A stretch of DNA of 64,000 nt from Octopus vulgaris (GCA_951406725.2 OX597829.1:35898001-35962000); one strand, 5' to 3'; positions 38,071 to 52,260 are shown, counted from the first letter of the stretch. Notes: generated from the letters alone by a model not told the origin. Numbers and translations are program-made.

Positions 38071-41000
38071 CTTTCCTTTATTGGCCTCAAGGTCCGAAAA
38101 CAAAGCATAAAACGGAAAATACAAAAATGGGTAACAAGTGGGGCTTAGCACACATAAAAAAATTAACGACAAAATTCAAACAATGAAATTCCTCAGAAGT
38201 AGTGAAGTTCCACTCTGGCTCCGAGCTGCAGACCCACCAGCTTCTGGTTAATCTTTGCTTCTGACACCACTTCGTACTTTTTTAATTTAGTACCGATCAC
38301 CTCGGTTTCCGAGATGTCCGACACTATTATGATGTCGTCCGCATAAGCTGACACGAACCTTCCGTATCCTAGTTCACGCAAATGCACCTCGAAACATCCA
38401 GTTTCCGTCGCAAAGTTCAAGAACTAATCAAAAGCCAATCTCGGCGCCAATACGTCAGTCGCTATACCTCTTCCATTTACCTTTCATAGCTTTCCAACTA
38501 GATGTCCCTATATTCTAGCTTTTTCTAACGCTATTTACATATTTACTCTAATAGCCCTTTTCAGAGCTATCCACCATCAGTTGTTGGTAATTGCATCCGA
38601 TAACTTTCGGAGGACTTGTTAACCAGGACTCTGAAATCTTGAAGTGCCGACAAAGACGCGTTCAATTTCCCGTATCCGGATCCCTGACTATAGATTTTAT
38701 CTAGGCCGACCGTACAGATCCCAAATTGGTATTCTGTGTAGCCGACGACTTTGGATTGTGGTTAACTTATACTACTTCTATATACAGGCTTATAAATTAC
38801 TCTATCAAGATACGATCTGGGAGAACAGATACTGTTTACCCATGTTCACATTGGCGCATTCGGCAAATCCAGTTGGTCCATGTCAGCCAGTTGTAAGCCG
38901 CTGAGCAGTTTTGTATATTTTGTGGAGCTTTTGGAACCCCTCTTCTATCGGCTAGCTCCAGCATATCCAGGCATAAGTCCAAGGTGGAATTCCTATCACC
39001 CACTAGCACTAAAGAGCAAGACATTTCCAGGAAAACCTCGAATCGTCTGAAGAAATCCAGCTATCCTGCCCCAGGCGGAGCGTACACAGCGACTACTCTA
39101 CACGCACCACCTTCACTATTGCTCACATTCAGAACCTCCAACTCACCATCTGGGTCCAGGAAAATCGTCAATACCTCGAAATCCAGGCTATTCCTAGACA
39201 GCATTGCCACCCCGCCTCCCTCCCTTTTCAAGAAGACTAAGAAATACTTAGATCTTAAAGTCGTCGAAAATAAGGGCTTGATCGTGTGTGTCCAAAATCC
39301 TCGTCACATCCACCTCTAGTGCTCTGATGTCGTTGGCAGGCGACTTTGCTTCCAGGGCGCTTCCAGTCCACTAACATTTATACAACTCATTCTTAAGCTT
39401 CCATAACTTGTTGATGTTCCTTTGGGAAACCCCTCAAAAACCTACTCGTAATTTTGACATTAGGACGTCCCACATCGTGAGGGATCCTCTTCATAAAGTC
39501 TTTGTAATATTTCCAGCGGCATATGCACCATTACCAATGTTTCTGGTACTTGAACGGTGCTGGTGCTGAAGATCTCACCCTCTGTCTTGATGTCCTTCCT
39601 TCGTACTATGAGGGCCGTCAGTTCTCTGTTGACCCTCCTCACTAACACGATGGTTTGTGTTAGTGTGGTTGGTTGTTTTTGGAGGGTGTTTGCTTTTAAT
39701 GGGTTGTTGCGGTTGCGCTAATATTGATGGAGCTGATTATGAAAAATGTAGATGTGTTGAATGTGGCGCTGGAAATGTTGGTGTTACTGCAGGTATGTCT
39801 GTGAATATTACAAGTATGTCTTTAAATTTTTGACACGTATGCGTTGGTGTGTGGCATGGTGTTCCAATGTTTTATTTTTATTTTCTTTTGGTTTCGTTGG
39901 GCGGGGATTCTCCTCATTTTCACAACGTGATGCAGATTTATCAGTTTTAGTAGAGTCTATGTGTGTATTTTAGTTTAGAGGAGACGGAGAGAGAGACAGA
40001 CAGAGAGTTGTGGGGAGAGCCTCTGAGTGTTGTGTGTGTCCGTTGTTAGTTTTCTTTCTGATGATGAAAATGGTGGTGGTTCATCTGCTGGTGCTGGTGC
40101 TGTTGGTATTGTTGACGTTGTTGGTGTTACTGTTGTTGCTGATGTTCTTTAAGGTGTTGTTGGTTTTGTTGTTGCTGTTGTTACCGGAGTTGCTACCACA
40201 CTTGTTGTTCGCTGGTTTAGTTTTGGGGACCTGGTGATGATAGTAAGACAGACCTATGATTCCCTTTAGTCTGTTGAAGGCAGAAATCACTCAAGTGGCA
40301 CCGAGGCCTTCTACTTTCAACTGTAACTTGCAGTTTTTCCTCCCATCCCCTGCGAATGAGTGAATGAGATCTGACAAATGCGGTCTGAGATCTTGTGGAT
40401 CGTATCTGGTTTGATGTGGAGTAGACCGAATTTTACGACTGGTTCACTTCACCTTCAGGAGACTGTTATTTCTTTCCAATGAGATTCTCGCTAAAATTCA
40501 CAATATATTTTTACCTCAGGTGGAATTACTGAGATCTTCACTCTCACTGTAGTTCTTCCAAAATATGATGGATGGAGAACATAGCTTTCGCTCCGACAGG
40601 GAATCGCGGTTTGTTTGACGACAAGAGCTTCCATCTTGAAGAACACTGAAATTCTCACAAAATGTTGGTTATCAAGGTACACAAAATGTTGGGCATTATT
40701 TGTTCCACGTCTGACAAGCTGTTCCCGGCCGTTTTGTTTCTGGAAGCTCCTTTATATATAACAATTTTTTTGTGCGTGTTGGTGTTTCTGCCAACACCTC
40801 GCTGAGTATGTCAGATCATGAGTTTTCAAGCTTTATCAGTTTGGCTGCTTGGGTCAGCCATGTCTTTTTGTAAGATGTCCATCTTATGCAGTTCAGTGAC
40901 TTTAGCAGCCGCTGCTGCAAATATATTGTTGTTATTGTTGTTGATGTTTTGGTTGTTCACGTCGGAAATGTTATTGTCATGTGTGTTGCCGAGGCTACAG

Positions 41001-41565
41001 TTGTTTTTGTTTTTTATCCTCTATCTTAATTTTGGGTGTTGCAGTGATAGTGGTGATAGAATATTTTGTCGTTGTTGTTTGATATCTGTGATATTGTCAC
41101 TTTCATTGAGGGAGGCCAATCTCAGTTGGAATAAAAAACCACGTGCTACGTTGTGTCGTTGTTGTTTTTATTGTCGCTGTTAGTCGTTATAGTGGTGTTT
41201 TGGTTCACAGTACTGGATGAGTGTTCACCTTACCTTTCATTTGAGAGTCGAAGGCGGAGGACTCTGAACTGTATTGCAACTCGCTATCAGAGCTACCTCT
41301 GATTTTTTTCTCTATGTCTCTGAGCAGGGTGGACATCACCACGTTTGCTTTTAAAATTATTTTCCAAACCAAAATGAAAATTTTCTTTTCGAATTTGAGC
41401 CCGCAAAGGGGCACAAAGAAGCACATCAACAAGGTCCATGCAATGGTGGTTGTTTCAACAAACGTTTTGCAACAAAAATAACCAATTATCGGATTTTAGA
41501 GACACAAATAAGACGAGAGAAATACTTACGGAGTACACGACTCACCTTCAGCCAGTACGAGTACC
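38071..41565 (-). mobile_element. Tx1/L1-like LINE, internally deleted
   Basis: APE motifs SCINVSGL and LVGDRNSTLD, RT motif SAYADDI, low-complexity ORF1 region; both ends abut (AAT)-rich tracts. Confidence 0.8.
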
Positions 41566-41630
41566 AATAATATTAACAACAACCAGAATAACAATAGTAA
41601 TAATAAAAAATAATAATAATAATAATAATA

Positions 41631-42172
41631 TACCAGGCAGTGGCTCTCATGGCTTCTGATCTTAACTGATTGGAAGTGTTATCATGTACATTGTTTTGTC
41701 TTGGTATAAAAGATGGGCTACAGCAAATATTCTGCTCAATACCACAGATTTGCTTGTCAGTTGTTTGACCTTAACCAGTTGAGCATGTCCCTTAGTGGCT
41801 GACGATATGTGCATCTCTGATCACGAGCAGAAATAGTGGGGGAGCATCATAGCCATGTGTTGAGAAGGATTCTTTGGGGTTTGAATAATTCACCTCTGGA
41901 AACATGGGTGTTTCGTTCAACGTCCTTAAACAACCCTTATTCAGGGACCTTTTTGAGCGGGATGGGTTACTCGACCAAAAGAAAATTCTAACTGGGCTCC
42001 AACTGCAAGGTCATGTGCTGTTTATCTTGATATGAGATCACCATGTCGCGCACATATGGTTGTGATGCATGTGCCTGGTGTACCCTTATCAGACGGGTAG
42101 TCATGATGAGTATACTGGGCTTCGTATATTTTACCCCAGTGTCACTTTGATGGCATGCTCTGCTCGCTCACT
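41631..42172 (+). mobile_element. Non-coding element embedded in (TAA)n
   Basis: Flanked on both sides by TAA repeats; both of its termini recur fused at 42326-42371. Confidence 0.65.
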
Positions 42173-42173
42173 C

Positions 42174-42211
<38 letters not shown>

Positions 42212-42233
42212 CAACAACAACAACAACAACAAT

Positions 42234-42266
<33 letters not shown>

Positions 42267-42269
42267 AAC

Positions 42270-42327
<58 letters not shown>

Positions 42328-42396
42328 GCCCTGATGCAGTACCAGGCATGGCATGAACTGCTCTCTCACTCAATAATAATAATAATAATAATAATA

Positions 42397-43950
42397 AACA
42401 AAACGAAGAGCGCAATGCGATTGCAATAGATATTTTATTGGTCGAACGATATTTCGACAGCAAGCCTGTCTTTGTCGAGTTCAAAATGAAGAGTGATAGA
42501 AATTCAAAAATTATTGAAATTCAAATTTAAAATATGAACGAGAGTAACTAGTGTCCACACGTTGATGGTATGACACCATCAGTCTTCAAGTTTCAATTTT
42601 ACAACTGGCGAAAAGAAAAAGAAAGAAAAAGTGAAAAGAAGATATGGAAAGAAAAAAGAAAAGGGAGAAGAAGAATATTCAATCAAACAGTTTTGTGTAA
42701 ATATGATGAAATTCTCCGGCCATTTTATTCTTTCCTCCAGAGCGTTGTTAATAACTCGCAAACATATTTCTCCTCGTGCATTTTGAGCATTGAAAGTGTA
42801 GCAGATTCAGAATATTTTCTGAGAATATGCATTTCCAAGTCTTTTTCAAAATTGCAGCCGTTTGATGTAAAATGTTCAGCAAGTCCTATAGAACTACTGT
42901 TATTGTGCATGACGTCATATTTCTGCCCATTAAATCTTTTGTTTAATTGTTCTGTTGTACAACCAACATAAATCAAGTTGTGTTTCGTGCATTCTATTGC
43001 GTACACTAATGGGAATCTGTATAAATCATAACATTTCTGATGTTTCCTATTAGAATTGACTTGACTCATGTTATTGCACAATGACCAGTACTTAGCTCTC
43101 TTGCGGCTATTTTGCAACATACAGCGTGGCTGAGTTCATATCTGTTTCAAACGGTAATATTTGTCCACAACATGCTGGTAACTTTCATGCAACACGTTTG
43201 AAATGCCAGCAAAATATCGGTGCCAGTTAATCACTAAAGGAATTCTGTCACATATTGAACTGGGTTTACTAAAATTATGCGTGAAGGATTGACTTTCTTC
43301 GCTGTCATTTGCTATTTTCTTTAACCGCGATTCAGTGTAATCGCGTTTGACATAATAGTGTACAAAAGCATTTGCATATTTCCAGTAATGCCCTGTATCA
43401 GTACAAATCTGTTTTATCCTCAAAAATTGGGATTTCAGATTTGACCGAATTATATGATGTGGATGATCGGAGCGGCGGTGAAGGTAAGTGTGGGATGACG
43501 TGGGCTTGCATAATAACTCTGTCATTATTCTGCCTCAGGAAAATTTAACTTTTGTGTCTAAAAATTCAACGCTAGTTTTTGAAACTTATGTTGGACTTAA
43601 AGCCATAACTTTTAGCATAATAGCCACAGAAATGCAAGAAGTCAATTAAACTATCCTGTGGTCCTTCCCAGACAAAAAATACGTCATCAATGGACCGTAA
43701 CCAGAGTATTGGTTCATGACCATGTAGTTATCTGAATGTCTTCAGTAACTGTCATTGTGGTACCCATAGTGCTAAAATCTTTCTCCAAACCTCAATAGCC
43801 TACAGAGAAAATTTATGGAATATTTTTGTTTCACTATTTTTTGAAGGGATACATACATACTTCTACCTTTCATCGTGGTCAATATTGGGATATATGGAAG
43901 AAACTTCAATGTTTACCAAAAAACAGTTTCCGACATGGCTTCGGTGCTTA
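42397..43950 (-). mobile_element. Penelope-like element (RT remnants, GIY-YIG, pLTR)
   Basis: WLRSIDDVFFVWEG, KPTSSHTYLHRRSDHPHH, LVYAIECTKHNLIYVGCT. Confidence 0.93.
42442..42484 (-). ncRNA. Minimal type I hammerhead-like motif (core UCGACAA)
   Basis: UUGAAC-UCGACAA-A-GACAG-gcuug-CUGUC-GAAA-UA-UC-GUUCGA; stems I and II fully paired. Confidence 0.68.
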
Positions 43951-44499
43951 AAAAAAGTTGTACATACACATATATATAAAAAAAATGCACTTGCATTGTG
44001 TCGCTACCGTAACCATATTGATTATCATTACTACCATCGCTCTACCTATAGCATTTAAAGTTATCGATAATTTTACGTTTACATTTGCAGTTAACACTTA
44101 ATACTATCTTTTGTGCTCCCTGCATGAATGCTAATCCAGGGGTCATTCTCAACTAATTTTTAGTTCCTTTACTAATTTTTACTTCAAGTGCTTCGATATT
44201 CATTGGTTTTGTAATCGTCTTGAGATGGTATCTTTGCTCCAACCACTGTGGTCATCTGTTCCCTGTTCTCTTCTGGTTTTGTTTTCCGCTCGGGCAGTGA
44301 CATTAGTAGAGGGATCTTCTTGTTCAGAGGTAACTTTTCCGCCGATCTCCGTCTCTTGTTGTATGATATCTTTCGTTTTCGTATCTTAAGCGCCTCAGGC
44401 TCATATATAGAAATTAGCCTTTATTTGTTTTCAAAGTTTTATTTTCGACCATCAGATTCAAATCTTGACAAAATGCCAGCAAATTAGTAGCTAAGCGGA

Positions 44500-45227
44500 T
44501 AACATCGACCACCACCCAGTGCTCGACTAGTACTTATCTCATCGCCCCCGAAAGGATGAAAGGTAAAAATCGACCTTGGTGGCATTTGAACTCAAAAGTT
44601 AAAGACATGAAATGTTAAACGTTAATCATGTTTTTAATTTTGGACCAGGGTCAGGAGTTTTTGAGGGAAGGAGGACGTCGACTCCAGTACTGATTGGTAT
44701 TTGTTTTATCGACCCTGAAAAGATGAAACAGGATTTTCATCGAGTAGGAAGAGGAACTCGGAACGTGAAGACAGACGAAATGTTGGTAAGCATTTTGCCT
44801 GGTACGTTAATGATTTTGTCAACTCGTCGCCTTAATTAATAATGATAAATCTTTCTACTTTAGGTACAACGCCTGAAATTTGAGTGGAGGAGCAAGTAGA
44901 TTACATTGACCGCAGTGTTCAACTGGTACTTATTTCATCGACGCCGAAAGGATGACAGGCAAATTTGAACTCAGAACTTTAAAACGAACAAAATACCTAT
45001 TTCTTTATTACCCACAAGGGGCTAAACACAGAGGGGACAAACAAGGACAGACATAGGTATTAAATCGATTACATCGATCCCAGTGCGTAACTGGTACTTA
45101 ATTTATTGACCCCGAAAGGATGAAAGGCAAAGTCGACCTCGGCGGAATTTGAACTCACAACGTAACGCAGACGAAATACCGCTAAGCATTTCGCCCGGCG
45201 TGCTAACGTTTCTGCTAGCTCGCCGCC
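44500..45227 (-). mobile_element. Cluster of four OK-like SINE units (44500-44615, 44640-44831, 44851-44997, 44998-45227)
   Basis: Repeated core atcgaccccgaaaggatgaaaggcaaagtcgacc. Confidence 0.88.
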
Positions 45228-45243
45228 TTAATTAATAGTAGTA

Positions 45244-45660
<417 letters not shown>

Positions 45661-45699
45661 TAGCAGTTAGAGAAATAAATTATTAATAAATAGAATCCC

Positions 45700-46880
45700 T
45701 AATAGCGAGGCAGTCCGCTTAGAGTTATTTAAGGTAAATCTTACTCAAAAGTCCCAGATTACTCTGTCAACCGCAATGCATGGAAGATGTTATCCTCCAG
45801 TTCCTTTTCTCCTACTAAGAAAAGCATTCTCAGAGTAGATCCATTCAGTCTCACTAGCCTTGCCACTCTCATCCACCTTTTGATAAACACACTACAAGCA
45901 GCACCTCCCTCTCAACGTCACCTTCCTCTTCAAATGATATTTAAATACATTGATGAGGACTTGGCTAGATAGGAAAGTTCCTGTCTTCAAAAATTCCAAA
46001 TGGATCCACCACAGCCTTTTTTTTTTTTTTATTGCCACAGTCACTAAGTAGAGAAAGATCTGCCTTCCTTCTCTGCTAACGGAAGATAGTGAATCGATCT
46101 TCAGCGGACAGCTGGATTGGTCTTATATGACAATGAAGCTGTTCAAAACAAGCTCAGAATTCTAATGCGCAGGAACTGAGCAATTGCATGAAGGGCGGTT
46201 TCGTCCCCATGCATGCATCTCGGACACGTTCGGCTGTTGGAACATCCATGTCTGAAAAGCTTTCTCGAGTAGGTGATGATCCCCTCTAAAACCACCATGC
46301 CGAAGACTTTTGGAAATTGTTCATGAGCCTCGCCCCAAAATACTCCGAGAGAGATCACTCATATTATTCTTGCCGATGCCCAGAGTGAACCCGAGGCTAT
46401 CGTTGCTCATAGACTCAACTATATAAATCTTGCGTTGTTTTCCTGCTACAAGTTCTGTGCCAGACAACATTCTAGATGCCAAACGCCCCAATCTTGGTGT
46501 ACGTTTCACACATGACTGCATCTCCGTCAATGAAATCAGCTGCAGGAAGACGTGTCTCATGAAGGACGCCCACATCAGTTCACCCTTGTTTTCGTTGCCT
46601 TCGTTCACACCATCCCGGTGATTTAGATACTTCTGCAGTCACATCAGCCTAAATACATGGAGCCGCATCATCAAGGATGGCATCCTAAGCCTGCCACAGT
46701 GTGGGTGCTGATTCTAGATGGATTTTATGACCAGCGGAAACTGACCCACAAATCTGCTCAGTGTTTCCTCGAGACGACGGCTAGGCGGTAGTACACAATC
46801 GAGGCGAGGAATGATATTCACTACTTTCACCTGGCCTTTTAGAAACAGATTCCTTTCTGCTAATTTCTGGGTGTGCTTGG
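45700..46880 (-). pseudogene. Tx1/L1-like LINE ORF2 3' remnant
   Basis: CPRCMHGDETALHAI (CCHC-type zinc finger); fragmented frames. Confidence 0.72.
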
Positions 46881-46967
46881 CGACCCTAACCATGACATCT
46901 TCCCTGTTCCTATCTACCTACAGATCTGGTCTAAACCAGATTATGTTATAATAATGATAATAATAAT

Positions 46968-47170
46968 CCTTTCTACTATTGGCACAAGACCTAAAATTTT
47001 GGAGAACGGGGTGAGGCGATTACATCGACACCAGTGCTCAGCTTCCATCGACTCTGAAATGATAAAAGTCAAAGTCGACTTCGGGGGAATTTGAACTCAG
47101 GATCTAAAGACGGAAGAAATACCTCTGAGCATTTTGCCCGACGTACTAACGATTCTGCCAACTCACCACC
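46968..47170 (-). mobile_element. OK-like SINE with the alternative tail
   Basis: cctttctactattggcacaagacc...gaatttgaactcag...ctaacgattctgccaactcacc. Confidence 0.85.
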
Positions 47171-47293
47171 TTATTTACTACTAATAGTAATAATACTGAT
47201 GACGATGGTGGTCTTTGGTGACGGTTGTGGTGGTCGTCGTGATAGCAGTATTTCTGGATGTGGTTTTCGTGGCAGTGATGATATTGGTAGTAG

Positions 47294-47330
<37 letters not shown>

Positions 47331-48744
47331 AAATGACGACGACGAAGATGATGATTATGATGATGATGATGATGATGCAGAGGATACGAATGAAATTAAT
47401 CTTTAATATATTAGTTAATATAAATAATACAAAAGGAAAAAAAAAAGTCTATTTCAAATAAATGAATCTGAGATTGTAGAGAAAGACATGCATTATAAAT
47501 AGATTGGTTTTGAATGAAAGTAGAAAATAGCGCGGAATAAGTGTAGTGGAAGGCGAAGAGGGGGAATATAGAGTATAATAAAAGAAAGGAGATTGCAAAG
47601 TATAGCAGGAGGCTGAAGATTATGCTGTGTGTAAGTCTGTTTAGGGTAATGATAAAAAATGAAAATTACAAATTTGGAAAAATGAAGTATAGATAGAAGG
47701 AAAGCAGGTTTAGGTTTCATTCATTCACAGCTCGTTTGTTTACTTATTTCCTTATGTCTTTCATGCTCGTTTTATTTTTCTGTCTGCGATTCTCACTCTC
47801 TTTCTCCCACCTCATACTTCTCTCTCATACTTATTCTCTTGCCTGTTTATTTATTTATTTTTTTTTTCCAGTTATTTATCTGTAAAATTTCTGCGCCACA
47901 GCCATTCAGAATTATATACACACACAAACAAAAAAAAACACACTGCAATGTGTGTGTGTGCGTGCGTGTGTATTTGTATGTGTGTGTGTGTGTGTGTGTG
48001 TGGTATGTGCGTGCATGAATGCGTGCGTGGATACACATACACACAGTGATACATACGTTTGTACGTAGAAACATTATTTAAATAAATATTAAGCACACAC
48101 ACACACACACACACAATCTCACTACACACGCACGCACACACATACACACATACACACACACACACACACGCGCGCGCACACGTTTTGCAAGCATAACTGC
48201 ATATGTGTTTCTTTTGCATAGTTACGGTGGGAAATGTTTTCAGGTAAATAATTGAGAAGAGGTAAGTGTGAGAGAAAAGTACGGGGTGTGAGTAAGAGAA
48301 ACACGGCACACCGACACCACACACACACTAAAAAAAAGAAAGAAACGAACAAAGCAAATAAGCAATTGAATGAAAGAGAATTGAAGATACAAGTGAGGGA
48401 TGAGAAAGAGAAGTGGCAAAAATAACCGTGAATAAAATAGAAGTGAATTAATAATAAAACAGAAATTTGCATTGTGTGTAAATGGTGAAATGGTAAATTG
48501 AATTAAATTTTTGAATAATAGCAGATTTGGGGAGGCAGTTTAAACATCTGATTTTACATAGCTACCTTCGTGCATAAGTATTATTTTTTCTTTTTTTTTT
48601 TTTTTTTTCATTTTCTCTTTTTTCTCCTTCATTTTCTTACAGTTTCTGTCTCTAAGACTTACGTTCATACTTACTGTCTGCTTTACCAAACTTCACAAAT
48701 ACACAATGCGTATGTACATATATGCAAAGACGAACACGCTAACA

Positions 48745-48838
<94 letters not shown>

Positions 48839-49224
48839 ATGTATGTATGTTTGTGTGTTTTATCTATGTGTGTAAGAGAAACATTATGGGTATGTATGTA
48901 TATGTTAATGTGTTTATATGAGTCTGTACGTCTATGGATACATATAAGTATTATTGTATTCCTTTAGATCAATCAAACAACAGAGCAATCAATCAATAGA
49001 TGCCATTAATCAGTTTATCTATCTATATATCTTTCTGTCTGTCTGTGTATCTGTCGGTGTCTGTCGGTGTATTGGTATTTTGTATGGGTGCTTCTACGTA
49101 TGTATATAAGTATGCATATGTGTGTGTGTATATATATACATATACATACATACATGGATACATATATACACACGCGCATAAAACATACATATATAGATAC
49201 ATATATATATATATATATATATAT

Positions 49225-49256
<32 letters not shown>

Positions 49257-49415
49257 CAGATATAGATATATGAGAAACATGAAAAACAGCAAAAAATATG
49301 TAAAAAATTAGTCCTACATATAAATATATGTGTATATATCCATACAGGCATGCATATATGCACATACATTTATTATATTTATAAATATGCATGTATACGA
49401 ACATATGTATATGTA

Positions 49416-49466
<51 letters not shown>

Positions 49467-49609
49467 GTGTGTGTGTGGGCGTGTGTATGTGTGTGGGCGT
49501 GTGTGTGTGTATGTATAGATAGATATATATTTATATAAATATACATATATATATAACTATATATGTATGTTTATATATAAATATATATATATAATTTCTT
49601 TTATTCTTT

Positions 49610-49800
49610 TCATTTTTAGTCATTTAACTGCGGCCATACTGGAGCACCGCCTTTTTAGTCACACAAATCGAACTCAGGGATTATTTATTGTAAGCCTAAA
49701 ACTTATTCTATTGGCACTCTTTCCGAAATGCTAGTTACGGTGACATAAACACACCAACATCGGTTGTCAAGCGATAGCGGGTGGGCGAACACAGACACAC
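49610..49800 (-). mobile_element. OR-like SINE 3' half
   Basis: gcggccatactggagcaccgcc...aaacacaccaacatcggttgtcaagcga. Confidence 0.8.
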
Positions 49801-49978
49801 CAATATATACGCGCGCACAAACACACACACATATACATAATATATATATGAGTGTGTGTGTGTGCGTCTATATATTTGTGTCCCTGTAGTGACTCCCCAA
49901 CATCGTTTGGAAACCAATGTCTCGTAACTTACTGTATGTATTTATATATATATATATGTATATATGTAGGTATGTATG

Positions 49979-50032
<54 letters not shown>

Positions 50033-50033
<1 letters not shown>

Positions 50034-51287
50034 GAGGGGCGTTCAATAAGTAATGCCCCTGACCCACTTCCCATAGCAGTAGAGCAACGACACTTGGCAC
50101 AGTTATTAGTCTTTTCCTACATAGGAACTACCCAGAGTTATGCATTTCTCCCATCGTTTGATACAGCTCTGGAGACCGTTTTTGTAGAAGACCCCAGCTT
50201 GGTCCTCCAACCGCGACGTGACTTCAGAAATCAAGGCTGCATCATCTGGGAAACGCTTTCCTTTCAAAATCAACTTCATGGCTGGGAAGAGGTGAAAATC
50301 AGAGGGTGCAAGGGGAGGAGTTCATAGCTGCACGCCTGTGCTTCTGATCTGGCGATACGCGAGTTGTGGACCGGAGCGTTGTCCTGCAGGAGGAGGATGT
50401 CTTTGCTGATCTTGCCCCGCCTCTTGATTTTGATAGCTTCTCTTAATTTCCTCAAAAGTGAAGCATAATAGGATCCTGTAATTGTGGTACCCTTTGCCAG
50501 GAAATCTGTCATCACTACTCCCTCCTGGTCCCAGAAGAATATGAGCATAACCTTGTCAGCGGAGGGCTGCACCCTTGCCTTCTTTGGAGGAGGTGAGTCA
50601 CGGTGCTTTCACTGCATTGACTGGGCTTTGGTCTATGGATCATAGTGATGGACCCAGGTTTTATCCTGTATGATCAGTCTTTTGAAACATTTTGACTCAT
50701 CTTCTTGGCACATCTCCAAATTCATCCTCAAGCACTCAACGCGTTCTTGCTTCTAGAAAGGTGTGAGCAACCTGGAAATCCATCTGGCAGACACCTTTTG
50801 CATATGCGAATAGTCATGAATGATAGTTTCCACAGACCCGGTACTAATCTTGACCTCATGGGCTATTTGGCGAATAGTTATGCGTTGACCTTCCAAAATG
50901 GCAGCCTCAACTTGACGGACAGACGTCTCATCAACGGCAGAAGGGGGCGACTAGATCTGGGAGCTGTTTCCACAGAGTTCCGACTATGTTTGAATTCACA
51001 ATGCCAGCGTTTTACAAGGTCATATGATGGGGCATCATCACCATAAGTTACTTTTATTTCATCAAACGTCTCCCGTGGTGTGCGTCCTTTCAAATATAAA
51101 AACCAGATCACTGCTCGACACTCAACAGGCTCCATTTCACACTTGACTCAGTTCAAACACCTGTAAATCAGAAACCACAATTAGTTCAGAGCTGTAATTC
51201 GCCACTTAATCTATAGAGATATAAATAAGTGCACATGCAAAATTTCCTGCAAGTGGATCAGGGGCATTACTTATTGAACGCCCCTCG
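50033..51287 (-). mobile_element. Mariner transposon, near full length, frameshifted transposase
   Basis: TIR CGAGGGGCGTTCAATAAGTAATGCCCCTGA at both ends with TA flanks; MEPVECRAVIWFL..., KVMLIFFWD, LLQDNAPVH. Confidence 0.97.
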
Positions 51288-51296
51288 TACATATAT

Positions 51297-51470
<174 letters not shown>

Positions 51471-51803
51471 GTTATATAATTAGGGTTCAGTAAAATAATT
51501 TACTTTACCACACACCGAACTTTTAGAAATAGCAGCCCAAAAATTTTAACTAATTCCTCTAGTATAAGAAAAGTCTCCCAGACAATGTATACTCAAAAAT
51601 AATTCACGCAGGTATAGAGGTAAATGTTTTAAATATACCGTCAGCCGAAATTGCTACGATGATCCGGTTCTTAACTGAAGATTGAGGGCTTCGAATGTCC
51701 CGTCCGTGTTTTTTGTGTCGTCTTCTGAGTGTTTTGCGTTCTTGTCCCAGTTTGTAATTTTCTACATATATAATAATAATATATATGTATATATGTATAT
51801 ATG

Positions 51804-51889
<86 letters not shown>

Positions 51890-52217
51890 ATTTACATATA
51901 TGTATATATTATTACCATTCATGTTTGTTTTCGTTCGGTTACCTTGTGTCTCCAATGTCCAGACTCAACATTAACCTCCATAAATCCCAAATTGCATTTT
52001 GGCACTTATGGGAGCAACCGCCTTCGAAGACTCGTATTGTCGTTCAATGCTCAAAATGCAGAGTGGATAGACAGTCGACAACTAATGAATGAATGAATGG
52101 TCGTTCTTTGTGTTACTTGTCGTGTTCTCCATTTGTTTCTCTCCTTGTTTGTGTATTGAACTCATTTGTTTTCGTATTTTATTTTGTTTACAGGTGAAAT
52201 CCTGTACCCATATATGC

Positions 52218-52260
<43 letters not shown>

